This document shows positions 37,390 through 46,949 of a DNA stretch of 64,000 bases, piece by piece. How positions within the stretch are numbered: the stretch's first letter is position 1; each line of letters begins with the position of its first letter. Source of the DNA: Desulfobacterales bacterium (GTDB lineage Bacteria; Desulfobacterota; Desulfobacteria; Desulfobacterales; UBA5852); NCBI GenBank assembly GCA_963674755.2, contig CAXXVS010000003.1, forward strand, positions 2,368,001-2,432,000, in the 5' to 3' direction. The position numbers and the translations under genes are program-made. Under the pieces are notes generated by a model. It ran no database searches. It was not told the DNA's origin and worked only from the letters and a program-made list of their open reading frames with translations.

Positions 37390-37728
37390 GATCTAAACCC
37401 TCCACCTCTGATGGAGAACCCGGAGAGGTTCTACCGATCCGGGAAGCGTTTCTATAATTGGAGACTTCATTTTCTTGCACGTGCAAGAAAACAGAAGCAA
37501 AAGAAAACGCCCGTGTCCCGCGGCCCCTTCGGGGCTGCCCTGCGCGTCGTCACAGCGGACGGAGCGCGCGGAAACTCGCTTCGCTCAAACAATCCGCGTG
37601 CTTTAATCCGTCCGCCCCGCCGATGCTCGGCGCGGGACAAAGGGAAATCTGAAAACCAAAGACAAAACTTCATTTTTGAAGCCTCCCTTTAGGAGGTTAC
37701 CTGAGGCCTCCCGCTAGACGGGAGGTGC
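37390..37728 (+). repeat. Structured intergenic repeat, copy 4
   Basis: Full-length homologue that lacks the tcacgcctcggcgtga hairpin. Confidence 0.9.
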
Positions 37729-37729
37729 C

Positions 37730-39427
37730 TCACTCGTTTTCCATGGCGACTCGCGGCAATGGGTGGGTGCGGTTATCGTCGTTGGCCGCCAGGATTTCAA
37801 AGACCGCGCCTTGGGCCGCCAGGCGGCCGCCCTCCAGGACATAGACCCGGTCGGCGGTCTTGCGGGCCAGGTGGATATCGTGGGTGATAAAGAGCATGGA
37901 AAAGCCGCGGGCCTGCTGCTGGGCCTTGAGTTCCCGCAGGATGACGGCCTGGGTGGAAGGATCCAGCATAGCGGTGATCTCGTCGGCCACCAGCAGGGCG
38001 GGGTCCGTGACCAGGGCGCGGGCGATGGCCACCCGCTGGCGCTGGCCGCCGCTCAAGGCATGGCAGGTGCGGCCCAGGAAATCCGGTCCGGTGGGCAAAT
38101 GCATGGCGGCCAGGGCCGCCGCAGCCTTGGCGTCCCGCCGGGAACGGTCCTGCCAGCCCAGGATATCCAAAGGCTCCCGGACGGCTTCCAGGACGCTGAA
38201 GCGGTGGCTGACGGCTTCCGCGGGGTCCTGGAAGACGATCTGGATGCCCCCCATGGCGGCCGTGGCGTCGTGGTTGACGATGGTCCGGCCCCGAAAGCGT
38301 ATTTCGCCGGCATCAGCCGCCAGCACGCTTACCAGGATGTGGGCCAGGGTGGATTTGCCCGAGCCTGAAGGTCCCACCAGGGCGGCGACCTCCCCCCGCC
38401 GCACGGACAGGCTCACGCCGGCCAGGGCCTGAATGGTGCGCCTGCCGCTGCGGTAGGTTTTGGATAGGCCCACGGCCTGCAACACGGTTTCGATGCCGCC
38501 CTTGTGGCAGGCCACCTGGCGTTCCACGCCCACATGGGTCAGGGGGGGCAGGGATTGCCGGCAGCGGTCGTCGGACTGGCAGCAGCGCGGTGCGAAAGCA
38601 CAGCCGGTAGTCCCCCCGGGTCGGGGAGGCGCACCGGGAATGCCCCACAGGTCCTTATAGGGAAAGAAGTCCGGTGCGGCGTTGATCAGTCCGCGGGTAT
38701 AGGGATGCAGGGGGTTGCGCAGGATATCCGCGGTCATCCCCGTCTCCACCACCCGGCCGGCATAGAGCGTCATGAGCCGGGTGGTGAGCTGTTGGACGGC
38801 CGGCAGGTTATGGGAGATCAGGATCAGAGCGAAACCCATCTCCCGTTTGAGCGTTTCGATCAGGTTCAGAATCGCCGTGCGGCTTTCCGGATCCAGGGAA
38901 GTGGTGGGTTCGTCCACGATCAGGAGATCCGGGGAGCAGCCCAGAGCCATGGCGATCAGGGCCCGCTGTCGCATGCCGCCTGAAAGCTGGTGGGCATAGC
39001 TGTCCTGCCAGACGGGATCGAGGCCGGTCAATTCCAGCATTGCGGATACCCGCCTGCGGGCGGCCTGGCGGTCCATCCCCAGGTGGGTGCGCAGGGGTTC
39101 GGCCAGCTGTTCGCCCAGGGAGATCACGGGGTTGAAGACTTCCAGGCTGTTCTGGAAGACCATGGCCATGTGGCGCCACTGGTAGCGACGGCGGCGGGCG
39201 GGGGCTAGGGTATTCAGGTCCCGGCCCTGGAAGCATACCTGCCCCTGTATATCCGCCTCGCGCAGGAGACCCATGAGGCCCAAGGCCAGGGTGGTTTTAC
39301 CGCAGCCCGATTCCCCGATGATACCCAGGCTTTCACCGGGCGCCAGGGAGAGGCTGATATCCATGGCGGCCGGCACGGCCGGGCGCACCCGATCGTAGAC
39401 AATGGAGAGATGTTTGACGCTCAGCAT
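37730..39427 (-). CDS. Opp/Dpp/Nik-type ABC ATPase, two fused NBDs
   Basis: GESGCGKT and GPSGSGKST; two LSGG signatures; HPYT..L and Cys-rich linker. Confidence 0.9.
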   Translation of the reverse strand: MLSVKHLSIVYDRVRPAVPAAMDISLSLAPGESLGIIGESGCGKTTLALGLMGLLREADIQGQVCFQGRDLNTLAPARRRRYQWRHMAMVFQNSLEVFNPVISLGEQLAEPLRTHLGMDRQAARRRVSAMLELTGLDPVWQDSYAHQLSGGMRQRALIAMALGCSPDLLIVDEPTTSLDPESRTAILNLIETLKREMGFALILISHNLPAVQQLTTRLMTLYAGRVVETGMTADILRNPLHPYTRGLINAAPDFFPYKDLWGIPGAPPRPGGTTGCAFAPRCCQSDDRCRQSLPPLTHVGVERQVACHKGGIETVLQAVGLSKTYRSGRRTIQALAGVSLSVRRGEVAALVGPSGSGKSTLAHILVSVLAADAGEIRFRGRTIVNHDATAAMGGIQIVFQDPAEAVSHRFSVLEAVREPLDILGWQDRSRRDAKAAAALAAMHLPTGPDFLGRTCHALSGGQRQRVAIARALVTDPALLVADEITAMLDPSTQAVILRELKAQQQARGFSMLFITHDIHLARKTADRVYVLEGGRLAAQGAVFEILAANDDNRTHPLPRVAMENE

Positions 39428-40302
39428 CAGTGACTCCTCATGCGGGGATCGGCGACTTTTTCGAGATCCTTCCCGATCAGGGCCAGGGCCAGGACCACCA
39501 GGGTCAGGGCCAGCCAGGGGAAGAGCAGCCACCATTTCCAGAAGGCCGTGTAGTAGATGCCCGGAAAGCTCAGGGCATGATGCAGGATAAAGCCCCAGGA
39601 GCGGGAGGTGGGGTCCCCCAATCCCAGAAAAGAGAGGCCGGCTTCGGCCACGATGGCCCGTCCGGCCAGCCGGATCATACTCACCGTGACCAAAGGGAAG
39701 ATTTCGGGCAGAAAATGGCGCCGTATCAGGTAAAAGGTGCCGGCCCCGTAAGTTTCAGCGGCCTGGATGAAGCGCCGTTGTTTCAGGCTCAGCACCCGGG
39801 CGCGCACGATGCGAGCCGTGAACACCCAGGCGAAGGCGGACAGGACGCCGATGATCGTCCATACGCTGGGTCCGAAAAAGGCCGCCAGCACAATCATCAC
39901 CGGCAGGTCCGGCAGGACGAGCAGGATATCGATCAGGCGCATGAGCACCCCATCCACCCATCCTCCGCGGTAGCCCGCCAGTATCCCTGCCAGGGCGCCG
40001 CCCAGCCCGGCCAGCAGGGCGGTTCCCATGCCCACCACCAGACTGACCCGGGCGCCGAAGCACACCTGGGCCCAGACATCCACCCCCAGATCGTCGGTCC
40101 CCATCCAGTGTTCGGCACCGGGAGGGGCCAGGGCCGGGCCCGAGGTTTTCTGGGGGGAGTGCGGACATACCAGCGGGGCGGCAGCCGCCAGAAGAAGGAG
40201 GGTCATCAGAAAAATCAGCCCGATTTGCCCGCCGGTGGACAGGGTGCCGGTCAGGCGGAAACGCCACCGGCGGGATCCGTAAGCGATGCTCAAAGCGGTC
40301 AT
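39427..40302 (-). CDS. Opp/Dpp-type ABC permease (C)
   Basis: HWMGTDDLG.D, GARVSL, EAGLSFLGLGDP..SWG. Confidence 0.9.
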   Translation of the reverse strand: MTALSIAYGSRRWRFRLTGTLSTGGQIGLIFLMTLLLLAAAAPLVCPHSPQKTSGPALAPPGAEHWMGTDDLGVDVWAQVCFGARVSLVVGMGTALLAGLGGALAGILAGYRGGWVDGVLMRLIDILLVLPDLPVMIVLAAFFGPSVWTIIGVLSAFAWVFTARIVRARVLSLKQRRFIQAAETYGAGTFYLIRRHFLPEIFPLVTVSMIRLAGRAIVAEAGLSFLGLGDPTSRSWGFILHHALSFPGIYYTAFWKWWLLFPWLALTLVVLALALIGKDLEKVADPRMRSH

Positions 40303-41297
40303 CGGGCCTCCGCCGGGGTTTCGCGGATGCGGGGATCCAGGCGGCCGTAAACCCGGTCGGCCAGGTAGTTGGCCGTCAGGACGCTCAGGGTCACCAGTAG
40401 GAAAATGCCCTGGATCATGGGGTAGTCATGCACCAGCACGGCCTCGCGCATGAGATGACCCAGGCCGGGGTAGGCGAAGACGTTTTCCACCAGGATGGCC
40501 CCGCCCACCAGCCCCCCCAGGCTCAGGAAGACCCGCGTTACAATGGGCAGCATGGCATTGCGCAGGGTGTGGCGGGTCAGGATGCGCAGGGGGTGCAGCC
40601 CCTTGGCCCGGGCGGTGCGCAGGTAGTCCCGGGTCAGTACCGTGGCTGTGCTGTTGCGGGCCAGGAGATAGAGGCCGCCGGTGCGTACGATGGCCAGGGT
40701 CAGGACGGGCAGGGCGGCATGCCGGGCGATATCGGCCAGGCGGTCCCAGGGGGACGCGTAGACCGCGAAGTGGGTCATGGCGCCCGAGAGGGGAAAGAGC
40801 TGCCAGCCGGCCGCCAGCGTAAACAGGAGCAGCAGCCCCAGCAGGAAAGCGGGGATCTCGGAGACGGCGATCAGGGCCGGGTAGAGCCAGCGGTCCAGGG
40901 CGCGGCCCCGGAAGGCGGTGCTGATGCTGCCCAGCAGGCAGCCGGCCAGGGTACTCAGGACCACGGCGGCCGTCACCAGGAGGAGGGTCCAGGGCAGCCT
41001 GTCCACCAGAACGGCGGTGACGCCCTGATTGTAGTAGATGGAATAGCCCAGGTCGCCCCGGACCAAGGCCGTTATGTAGGCCGCGTACTGCTGCACCAGG
41101 GGCCGATCCAATCCGTACTGACGGCGGTAGTAGTCCTGTTGGGCGGCGCTGAATTGGGCGACTTCCTGGTCCTGGTCCGCGGAGAGATAGAGGAAAGGGC
41201 CCCCGGGCATCACCCGCGGCAGGGCGAAATTCAGGGTCACGATGACCGCGACCGTGAAAAGATATTCCAGAAGACGTTTGCTGCGCGGGTGTGTCAT
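40299..41297 (-). CDS. Opp/Dpp-type ABC permease (B)
   Basis: YGLDRPL, GDLGYS, TARAKGL, ENVFAYPGLG. Confidence 0.9.
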   Translation of the reverse strand: MTHPRSKRLLEYLFTVAVIVTLNFALPRVMPGGPFLYLSADQDQEVAQFSAAQQDYYRRQYGLDRPLVQQYAAYITALVRGDLGYSIYYNQGVTAVLVDRLPWTLLLVTAAVVLSTLAGCLLGSISTAFRGRALDRWLYPALIAVSEIPAFLLGLLLLFTLAAGWQLFPLSGAMTHFAVYASPWDRLADIARHAALPVLTLAIVRTGGLYLLARNSTATVLTRDYLRTARAKGLHPLRILTRHTLRNAMLPIVTRVFLSLGGLVGGAILVENVFAYPGLGHLMREAVLVHDYPMIQGIFLLVTLSVLTANYLADRVYGRLDPRIRETPAEAR

Positions 41298-41335
41298 GGT
41301 GCCGTTATCTGCCTTTCAGGTTTTCTATTATTTTT

Positions 41336-41682
41336 ATCTAAACCCGCCACCTCTGATGGAGGCCCCGGAGAGGTTCTACCGATCCGGGGAGCTTTTCAAT
41401 AATTAGCGCCTTCATTTTTTTTCGCGTGAAAGAAAACGGAAGCAATCACGCCTCGGCGTGACAGGCTTCAAACGCCCGTGTCCCGCTTCATCCTGCGCGT
41501 CGTCGCGGCGGCCGGAGCGCGCGGAAACTCGCTTCGCTCAAACAGTCCGCGCGCTTTAATCCGTCCGCCCCGCCGATGCTCGGCGCGGAACAAAGGGGAA
41601 GCTGAAAACCAAAGACCAAGACCTCTTTTTTAAGCCTCCCTTTAGGAAGCTACCTGATGCCTCCCGATAGGCAGGAGGAGAT
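41336..41682 (+). repeat. Structured intergenic repeat, copy 5
   Basis: Near-identical core to copy 1; sits between the substrate-binding and permease genes. Confidence 0.9.
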
Positions 41683-41724
41683 TTACTTGATTCGTTGCTG
41701 TTTTTGTTGTTCGCGTTCATTTCA

Positions 41725-43353
41725 TCACCTCTTGGCCGCCGGGCCGCTGCGTTCCAGGTACGACAGCTTGCCGTGGGGCAGGCTGTGGTGGTCGAACATG
41801 AACATCCAGCCATCATACTTGGCCGGGCGGTAGGCGGTGGTGCTGGTGGTGCAAAAGAGCGGAATCTCGGGCACCAGCTCGGCCAGCTCCTGCTGGAGGG
41901 CAGCCACCAGGTGGCGCCGCTCTTGCGGGTCGATGGCGGTTTGCTGGCGGTGGAGCAGGTTCATCAGCTGCGGGGCTTCCAGGCCCGGCAGGCCGGCATG
42001 GGAGGGCGCCGCATTGGCACCGCTGGAGGCCGGGGTGAAACGGGCCACCAGGTAGTCGGGGTCGCCGCCCCATCCGCCGTGCCCCAGAATGGCCAGCTGG
42101 TAGTCCGAGCTGCGCACCCGGGAATCGCGTGTTTTAGCGTCCACACTGCGGATCGTCAGCGGCAGGCCGACCTCCCGGAGTCGCTGCCGGATCAGCTCCG
42201 CCAGGCGCACTTCGGTGCTGCTGCACAGAAGCTCCAGGGCCAGGGGTTGCCCATCGGGAGAGAGGCGCCCTTCCGCACCTTCCAGCCGCCGGCAACCGGC
42301 CTGATCCAGGAGTTCCCGGGCCCGAGCCGGATCGAAGGGATAGGTGCGGGTTGCGACAGCCATGACGTGGTCCGGCGGCAGGATGCCGGGACGTCCGGGC
42401 ACGGCGGCCCCCCGGGCGATCTTGTCCACCAGCTCCTGGCGGTCGATGGCGTGCATCAGGGCCTGCCGGACCGCCACTTCCCGAAAGGCGGGCACCTTCG
42501 CCATGTTCAGAAGCAGGCGGTAGCCCCAGAAGGCCGGGCTGCGGACGATGCGATGGTCCGGGTTGTCGGCAAAGCGCGGCCGCACGTCGGGGGTGACGGT
42601 GGTGAGGTCGATTTCCCCCTTTTCGTAGGCCAGAATCGGCTCGCTGACCGGGATGAACTCGATGGTCCGTACCCGCGGGCGGGGACCCCAGAAGTCTTCG
42701 AAGGCTTCGAAACGGTAGGTCCCGTGGGTCTTGCTATAGTGGGTCAGGCGATAGGGACCGCTGCCGATCACCGCCTCCGGGGCGGTGAATTCCCTGGGAC
42801 GTTCGATGCCCTCCCAAATATGGCGGGGAATGATGCGGGTGCGCCCGATATGGTCGAGCATGGCGGCCCGGGGAGCCTTGAGCCGCACGCAGACCGCATG
42901 GTCGTCGTCCACGGCCACGGTCTCGATGGCATCGAAGATATAGGACCAGGTGGCGGCGTGGCGGTTGGCGTAATCCAGGGAGAAGGCCACATCTTCTGGT
43001 GTGAGGGGCTGGCCGTCCTGCCAGCGGACCCCTTGGCGGATGAAAAAGCGATAGGTCCGTCCCCCGTCCTCGACGGCATAGCGCTCGGCCAGCCAGGGAA
43101 TCAGTCCCTTTTCGTCCCGTTCCAGCAGGCTGTCGAAGATCAGGCACATCTTGAACCCTCCCGGTCCCCGGGGGTAGTGGGCAAAGGGGGAGGGATAGCC
43201 CCAGTCGCCGCCTGCCAGGCGGATGACATCCACATCGTAGGCGCCCGGCCGGTTGGCGGCCGCCATCGGTTTTTCCTCGGTTTCCGTCCGGCTGCAGGCG
43301 ACCAAAAGCATTACGAGGAGCATGGCGGTCAGGACGGTTGTGATACGCCTCAC
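41725..43353 (-). CDS. ABC substrate-binding lipoprotein, family 5
   Basis: GTG start; lipobox LVAC; GGDWGYPSPF.HYPRGPG, W.DG.PLT.EDV.FS, IGSGPY. Confidence 0.9.
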   Translation of the reverse strand: MRRITTVLTAMLLVMLLVACSRTETEEKPMAAANRPGAYDVDVIRLAGGDWGYPSPFAHYPRGPGGFKMCLIFDSLLERDEKGLIPWLAERYAVEDGGRTYRFFIRQGVRWQDGQPLTPEDVAFSLDYANRHAATWSYIFDAIETVAVDDDHAVCVRLKAPRAAMLDHIGRTRIIPRHIWEGIERPREFTAPEAVIGSGPYRLTHYSKTHGTYRFEAFEDFWGPRPRVRTIEFIPVSEPILAYEKGEIDLTTVTPDVRPRFADNPDHRIVRSPAFWGYRLLLNMAKVPAFREVAVRQALMHAIDRQELVDKIARGAAVPGRPGILPPDHVMAVATRTYPFDPARARELLDQAGCRRLEGAEGRLSPDGQPLALELLCSSTEVRLAELIRQRLREVGLPLTIRSVDAKTRDSRVRSSDYQLAILGHGGWGGDPDYLVARFTPASSGANAAPSHAGLPGLEAPQLMNLLHRQQTAIDPQERRHLVAALQQELAELVPEIPLFCTTSTTAYRPAKYDGWMFMFDHHSLPHGKLSYLERSGPAAKR

Positions 43354-43382
43354 GGCAATTTCCTTTCTGCTAAGCGATGGGC

Positions 43383-44267
43383 TCAAAGCGGCGCTACCTT
43401 CTGATCCACACGCCAGGCCATGATCCCCTGGCAAGCCTCGTGCTGCTGGTGGAAGACGCCGTCCGTGCAGCGGGCGTCCACGAAAGCGGCCACCGCCTCG
43501 TGGATGGTATCGTTGAGTTCGGTGTAGCCTTCGAGATAGGTGGTGCATTCTTCGATAGCCTCGTCCCGGGGCAGCCGGGTTTCCCGCTGCCAGGTGTGGA
43601 ACTGCAAACTTGGCCGGTGTCCCAGAGCATAGACCAGGTTGAAGGGGTAGATGATGTCGCCGCTGCGCAGGTCGTGGGGTTCACCGAAGACCGCCTGCCA
43701 CAGCTCGCCATAGCGCTGGGGGCCGCCGTTGCCCCCGGAGAACTTGCTGAGGTAGCAGGCTCCCCGGGAGGCGGCCATCATCTTCTTCAGGTTGTCAGGC
43801 CCGTCGATGCCGGGCGTCATGGAGGCGAAGACTAGATCGAAGGCGCCCTCCCACTGTTCCTGCGCCAGGTCGATGTCCTGCCAAGTGCGCCGGTCCACAA
43901 TGATATTGGCAATCCCGGCATCATCGATCCGTTCCCGTAGAATGTCGGCCATGGCCTTGGCCGGTTCCAGGGCGGTGACATGGTCGGCGGTTTGCGCCAA
44001 GAGCAGGGCCCAGTTGCCCGGCCCGGCCCCAATGTCCAGCACGCGGTAGCCGGGCCGGAGGATGCCGTCGGCGATAAGCCCGGCAATGATTTCCCGCCGT
44101 TGTTTGCCCTGTTCCCTCCGTCCGGTACGCTCGGCGAAGTCGGCGGCCATGGCGTTCCAGCGTTTGAGACGGGCACTTGGGGCAACCCGCTCCCGTCGTC
44201 GGGTCGGGGTGCTTGCGACGATTTCACGCCAATGGGTTTCCCAAAAGGCGGCATCCATGGAGGGCAT
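43383..44267 (-). CDS. Class I SAM-dependent methyltransferase
   Basis: VLDIGAGPG, VTALEP, FDLVFASMTP. Confidence 0.88.
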   Translation of the reverse strand: MPSMDAAFWETHWREIVASTPTRRRERVAPSARLKRWNAMAADFAERTGRREQGKQRREIIAGLIADGILRPGYRVLDIGAGPGNWALLLAQTADHVTALEPAKAMADILRERIDDAGIANIIVDRRTWQDIDLAQEQWEGAFDLVFASMTPGIDGPDNLKKMMAASRGACYLSKFSGGNGGPQRYGELWQAVFGEPHDLRSGDIIYPFNLVYALGHRPSLQFHTWQRETRLPRDEAIEECTTYLEGYTELNDTIHEAVAAFVDARCTDGVFHQQHEACQGIMAWRVDQKVAPL

Positions 44268-44425
44268 ACAGTCAACTCCTCGTGTTGCGGGTCAATAAAC
44301 GGCCTCTGAGGCTGAAAGCCGGCAGCGCGGCTTTTGGGGGCGCGCCCACGACCGATCGGTCCTGGTCCTGGTCGCATAATGCCGGATCCTGGTTTTCAGC
44401 CTCAGACGTGTGTCGCCACAGGCCC

Positions 44426-46540
44426 TTAGAATGATAGTGTCAACGAAGTCCCGAAAAACCGGCCTACCGCCGGATAGCCCGAGGCGTCGTAGTATTCCTC
44501 ATCGAAAAGGTTCCGCACGTAGAGGTTCAGCACGGCCTTCTGCAGGGGGCCCTGGTTCTCGCAAAGCACCTGCTCGACACCGAAATCCACCGTGTGGTAG
44601 GCATCGATTTCCACCGATCGAAAATCCCAGACATCCGGGGCGACCTCTTCGGAGACCTCCGTCACTTCGTCACTCTGGTAGTAGTAGTCCAGCAGCAGGG
44701 TCGTCCACGGAAAGAGCTGGTAGCGCAGGCCGGCGCTCACCCGGTGCTCGGCGCGCTGGTCCAGTTCGGTCTCAGCGGCCGGCTCATCGCCCTGGTTGTC
44801 GAAGTCCTGCCAGGAATAGCCGAGGTAGAAGGAGAGGTCGTCAGTCAGGTGGCCGCCCATTTCGATGTCGATGCCGTACTGGTAGACCTCCTCCAGGTTG
44901 ATCTTATAGTCGTAAAACCGTAGGTTTCCGGCACCGCCGCCCGAGTAGTTGGCATAGCCGCTGTTGGTGGCGATGTAGTCCTTGATATCGTAAAACCAGA
45001 AGTCGATCTTGAAGGCGATGTCCCGCCACAGGCGGCGGTCCAGGACGAGGTCGTAGCCCGTGCCGTGCTCGGGTTCCAGGAAGAGCCCGGCCGGGCGTCC
45101 CTGGGGGTTGTAGTCCCCATGGTAGTCCGGCGCACGCCAGATTTTGCTGACCCCTACCGAAAGGGATGTGTCCCGCAGCCAGGGAGCCAGTTCGTCCATC
45201 TTCCAGGTGAGGAATGACTTGGGGATCAACTGGTTCCAGTCCCGGCCCACCATGCTGTCATAGGCGGGGTTCCACAGGGTGCCGTTGCCGCTGAGGTTGC
45301 TGATATGGGATTTGACATACTCGTAACGCAACCCCAGGGTCAGTTCCAGGGAAGGAACGATATTCCAGCGGTGCTGCAGAAAAGCGCTTTTCTTATTGAT
45401 GCGCTGGTTTTTGTCGTCATCGTCAAGGGTATTGCCGTTGTCGTACATATAGGTCAGATCGAACCCCACGATGGTGCTGTGGTTCGGCAGCCATTGGATT
45501 TCGTCCTGGAGTTTAAGGCCTTCCTGCCACCAGGTGGTGTCCAGCTCCGTGGGCAGGAGGTCGCCGAGGTTGGGGTAGTTGGCCCGATTGCGCCGCTCCT
45601 TGCTGCTGTAAGCCCCCAGGTTGATGACGCCGATGGGGGAGGGCTGCTCCAGGTTCAGCCGCCAGGCGTGGGATTCACCGTCCCAGGTGGGATTCTGGAA
45701 TTCATCGTAGGTGGCGTCCTCGATTTTGGGGTAGTCTCCATCATAGTCCCCGTAGGTAAGGCCGGGGTTGTTGACCGGCTCGTCGCGGTCCGTATCGGTG
45801 CCCGAAAGACTCAGGGTCACGAAACCGTCCGCCGGCAGCAGGTAGCCGATACGGCCGTAGAGCGTTTGGATGTCGGTTTTGCTGTGGCGCAGGTAGCCGT
45901 CGGTGCGATAGTCCTGGTAGGCCATATCATAGGTGAAATCCTTGACAGCGCCCTGTACGGTGGCGAGATTGTTCCAGGTTTCGTAGGAGCCGTAGCTGGT
46001 GGTCAGGGTGGCCTCGGGCTTGAGGCTGGCCCGGCGGTGGGGCCGCTCGGAGATCATGTTGATGACCCCGCCGATGCTTTTGCTGTCGTAAAGGGCTGAA
46101 TGGGGCCCCGCCAGGATCTCCACTTCCTGAATGAGAAAGGTGGGCAGCAGGGCATAATCCACGATATTGCTGGATTTGCGTCCCCCGGTTTTCTGGACGG
46201 TGAGCCCGTCGATGGCCGTGACAAAGCGATTGGCACCGAACCCCCGCAGGTAGATCGAATCGATACCCGGATCCAGGGTGTTGCTGCCCCGGAAATCCAC
46301 GATGGCCTGGGTTTTCAGGGTATCCAGGATGCTGGTCTGGGGGCCGATGGTCTTGAACTCCTCCATGTCGATCACGGTGCCCTGGGGAATCTGTTCTAGG
46401 CCGGGCGCTCCGGCTTTGTCTTCCACCACGACGTCCTCGAGTTGTTGCAGATCCTCCGGGGCATCATCGGCGGCCAACGACAGGCCGCCCGCTCCCAAAA
46501 AGAAAAATGCCATTATCCACATCATTCCGAATCTTCGCAT
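44426..46540 (-). CDS. TonB-dependent outer-membrane receptor
   Basis: Signal peptide; LEDVVV; VEILAGPHSALY..IGGVIN; NLFDEEY; terminal Phe. Confidence 0.9.
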   Translation of the reverse strand: MRRFGMMWIMAFFFLGAGGLSLAADDAPEDLQQLEDVVVEDKAGAPGLEQIPQGTVIDMEEFKTIGPQTSILDTLKTQAIVDFRGSNTLDPGIDSIYLRGFGANRFVTAIDGLTVQKTGGRKSSNIVDYALLPTFLIQEVEILAGPHSALYDSKSIGGVINMISERPHRRASLKPEATLTTSYGSYETWNNLATVQGAVKDFTYDMAYQDYRTDGYLRHSKTDIQTLYGRIGYLLPADGFVTLSLSGTDTDRDEPVNNPGLTYGDYDGDYPKIEDATYDEFQNPTWDGESHAWRLNLEQPSPIGVINLGAYSSKERRNRANYPNLGDLLPTELDTTWWQEGLKLQDEIQWLPNHSTIVGFDLTYMYDNGNTLDDDDKNQRINKKSAFLQHRWNIVPSLELTLGLRYEYVKSHISNLSGNGTLWNPAYDSMVGRDWNQLIPKSFLTWKMDELAPWLRDTSLSVGVSKIWRAPDYHGDYNPQGRPAGLFLEPEHGTGYDLVLDRRLWRDIAFKIDFWFYDIKDYIATNSGYANYSGGGAGNLRFYDYKINLEEVYQYGIDIEMGGHLTDDLSFYLGYSWQDFDNQGDEPAAETELDQRAEHRVSAGLRYQLFPWTTLLLDYYYQSDEVTEVSEEVAPDVWDFRSVEIDAYHTVDFGVEQVLCENQGPLQKAVLNLYVRNLFDEEYYDASGYPAVGRFFGTSLTLSF

Positions 46541-46728
46541 GCTGCCGGTCCCTCCTTCGCTTCCGTTGGCATTCAATGGCGCATGATGCGCCGTCCCGGC
46601 GATTGACGCAGGAGGACCTTTCGGTGTAGATTTCCCATCAAGGCTCCCTTTGCCGGGGGCTTTATCTCCGAGGCAGCCGTGGTCTCCTGGTCGGGATGCG
46701 GCTGCCTTTTTTTGATCTTTCGTACCTG

Positions 46729-46926
46729 CTATAGCGCTCGCAGGGCTTTGCGCAGACAGGCGTTGCCCTTTTCCGCGCAGTCTGCCATTTCGCGCACGGC
46801 CTGCCCGGAGGTTGCCAGGCCGGCGGCTTCCAGCTCATCGGCGAAACGCCGGTAGTCCCGGACATGATCTTCATTATGGCTGAGCCAGTGTTGCAGGCGG
46901 ATCTGCGCTTTCTCTTTGACATCCAT
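46729..46926 (-). CDS. Small helical protein with HWxxHNxxH motif (65 aa)
   Basis: AAGGAG RBS before ATG at 46926; MDVKEKAQIRLQHWLSHNEDH... Confidence 0.75.
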   Translation of the reverse strand: MDVKEKAQIRLQHWLSHNEDHVRDYRRFADELEAAGLATSGQAVREMADCAEKGNACLRKALRAL

Positions 46927-46949
46927 GGGGCTTCTCCTTGTTGGTCGGG

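Noticed and set aside
46671..46713. Strong hairpin with T-tract between the small His protein and the TonB receptor
   Set aside because: The T-tract is on the plus strand, opposite to the operon, and it lacks the GCCACGAAGG motif; at most a stabilising stem or antisense terminator.
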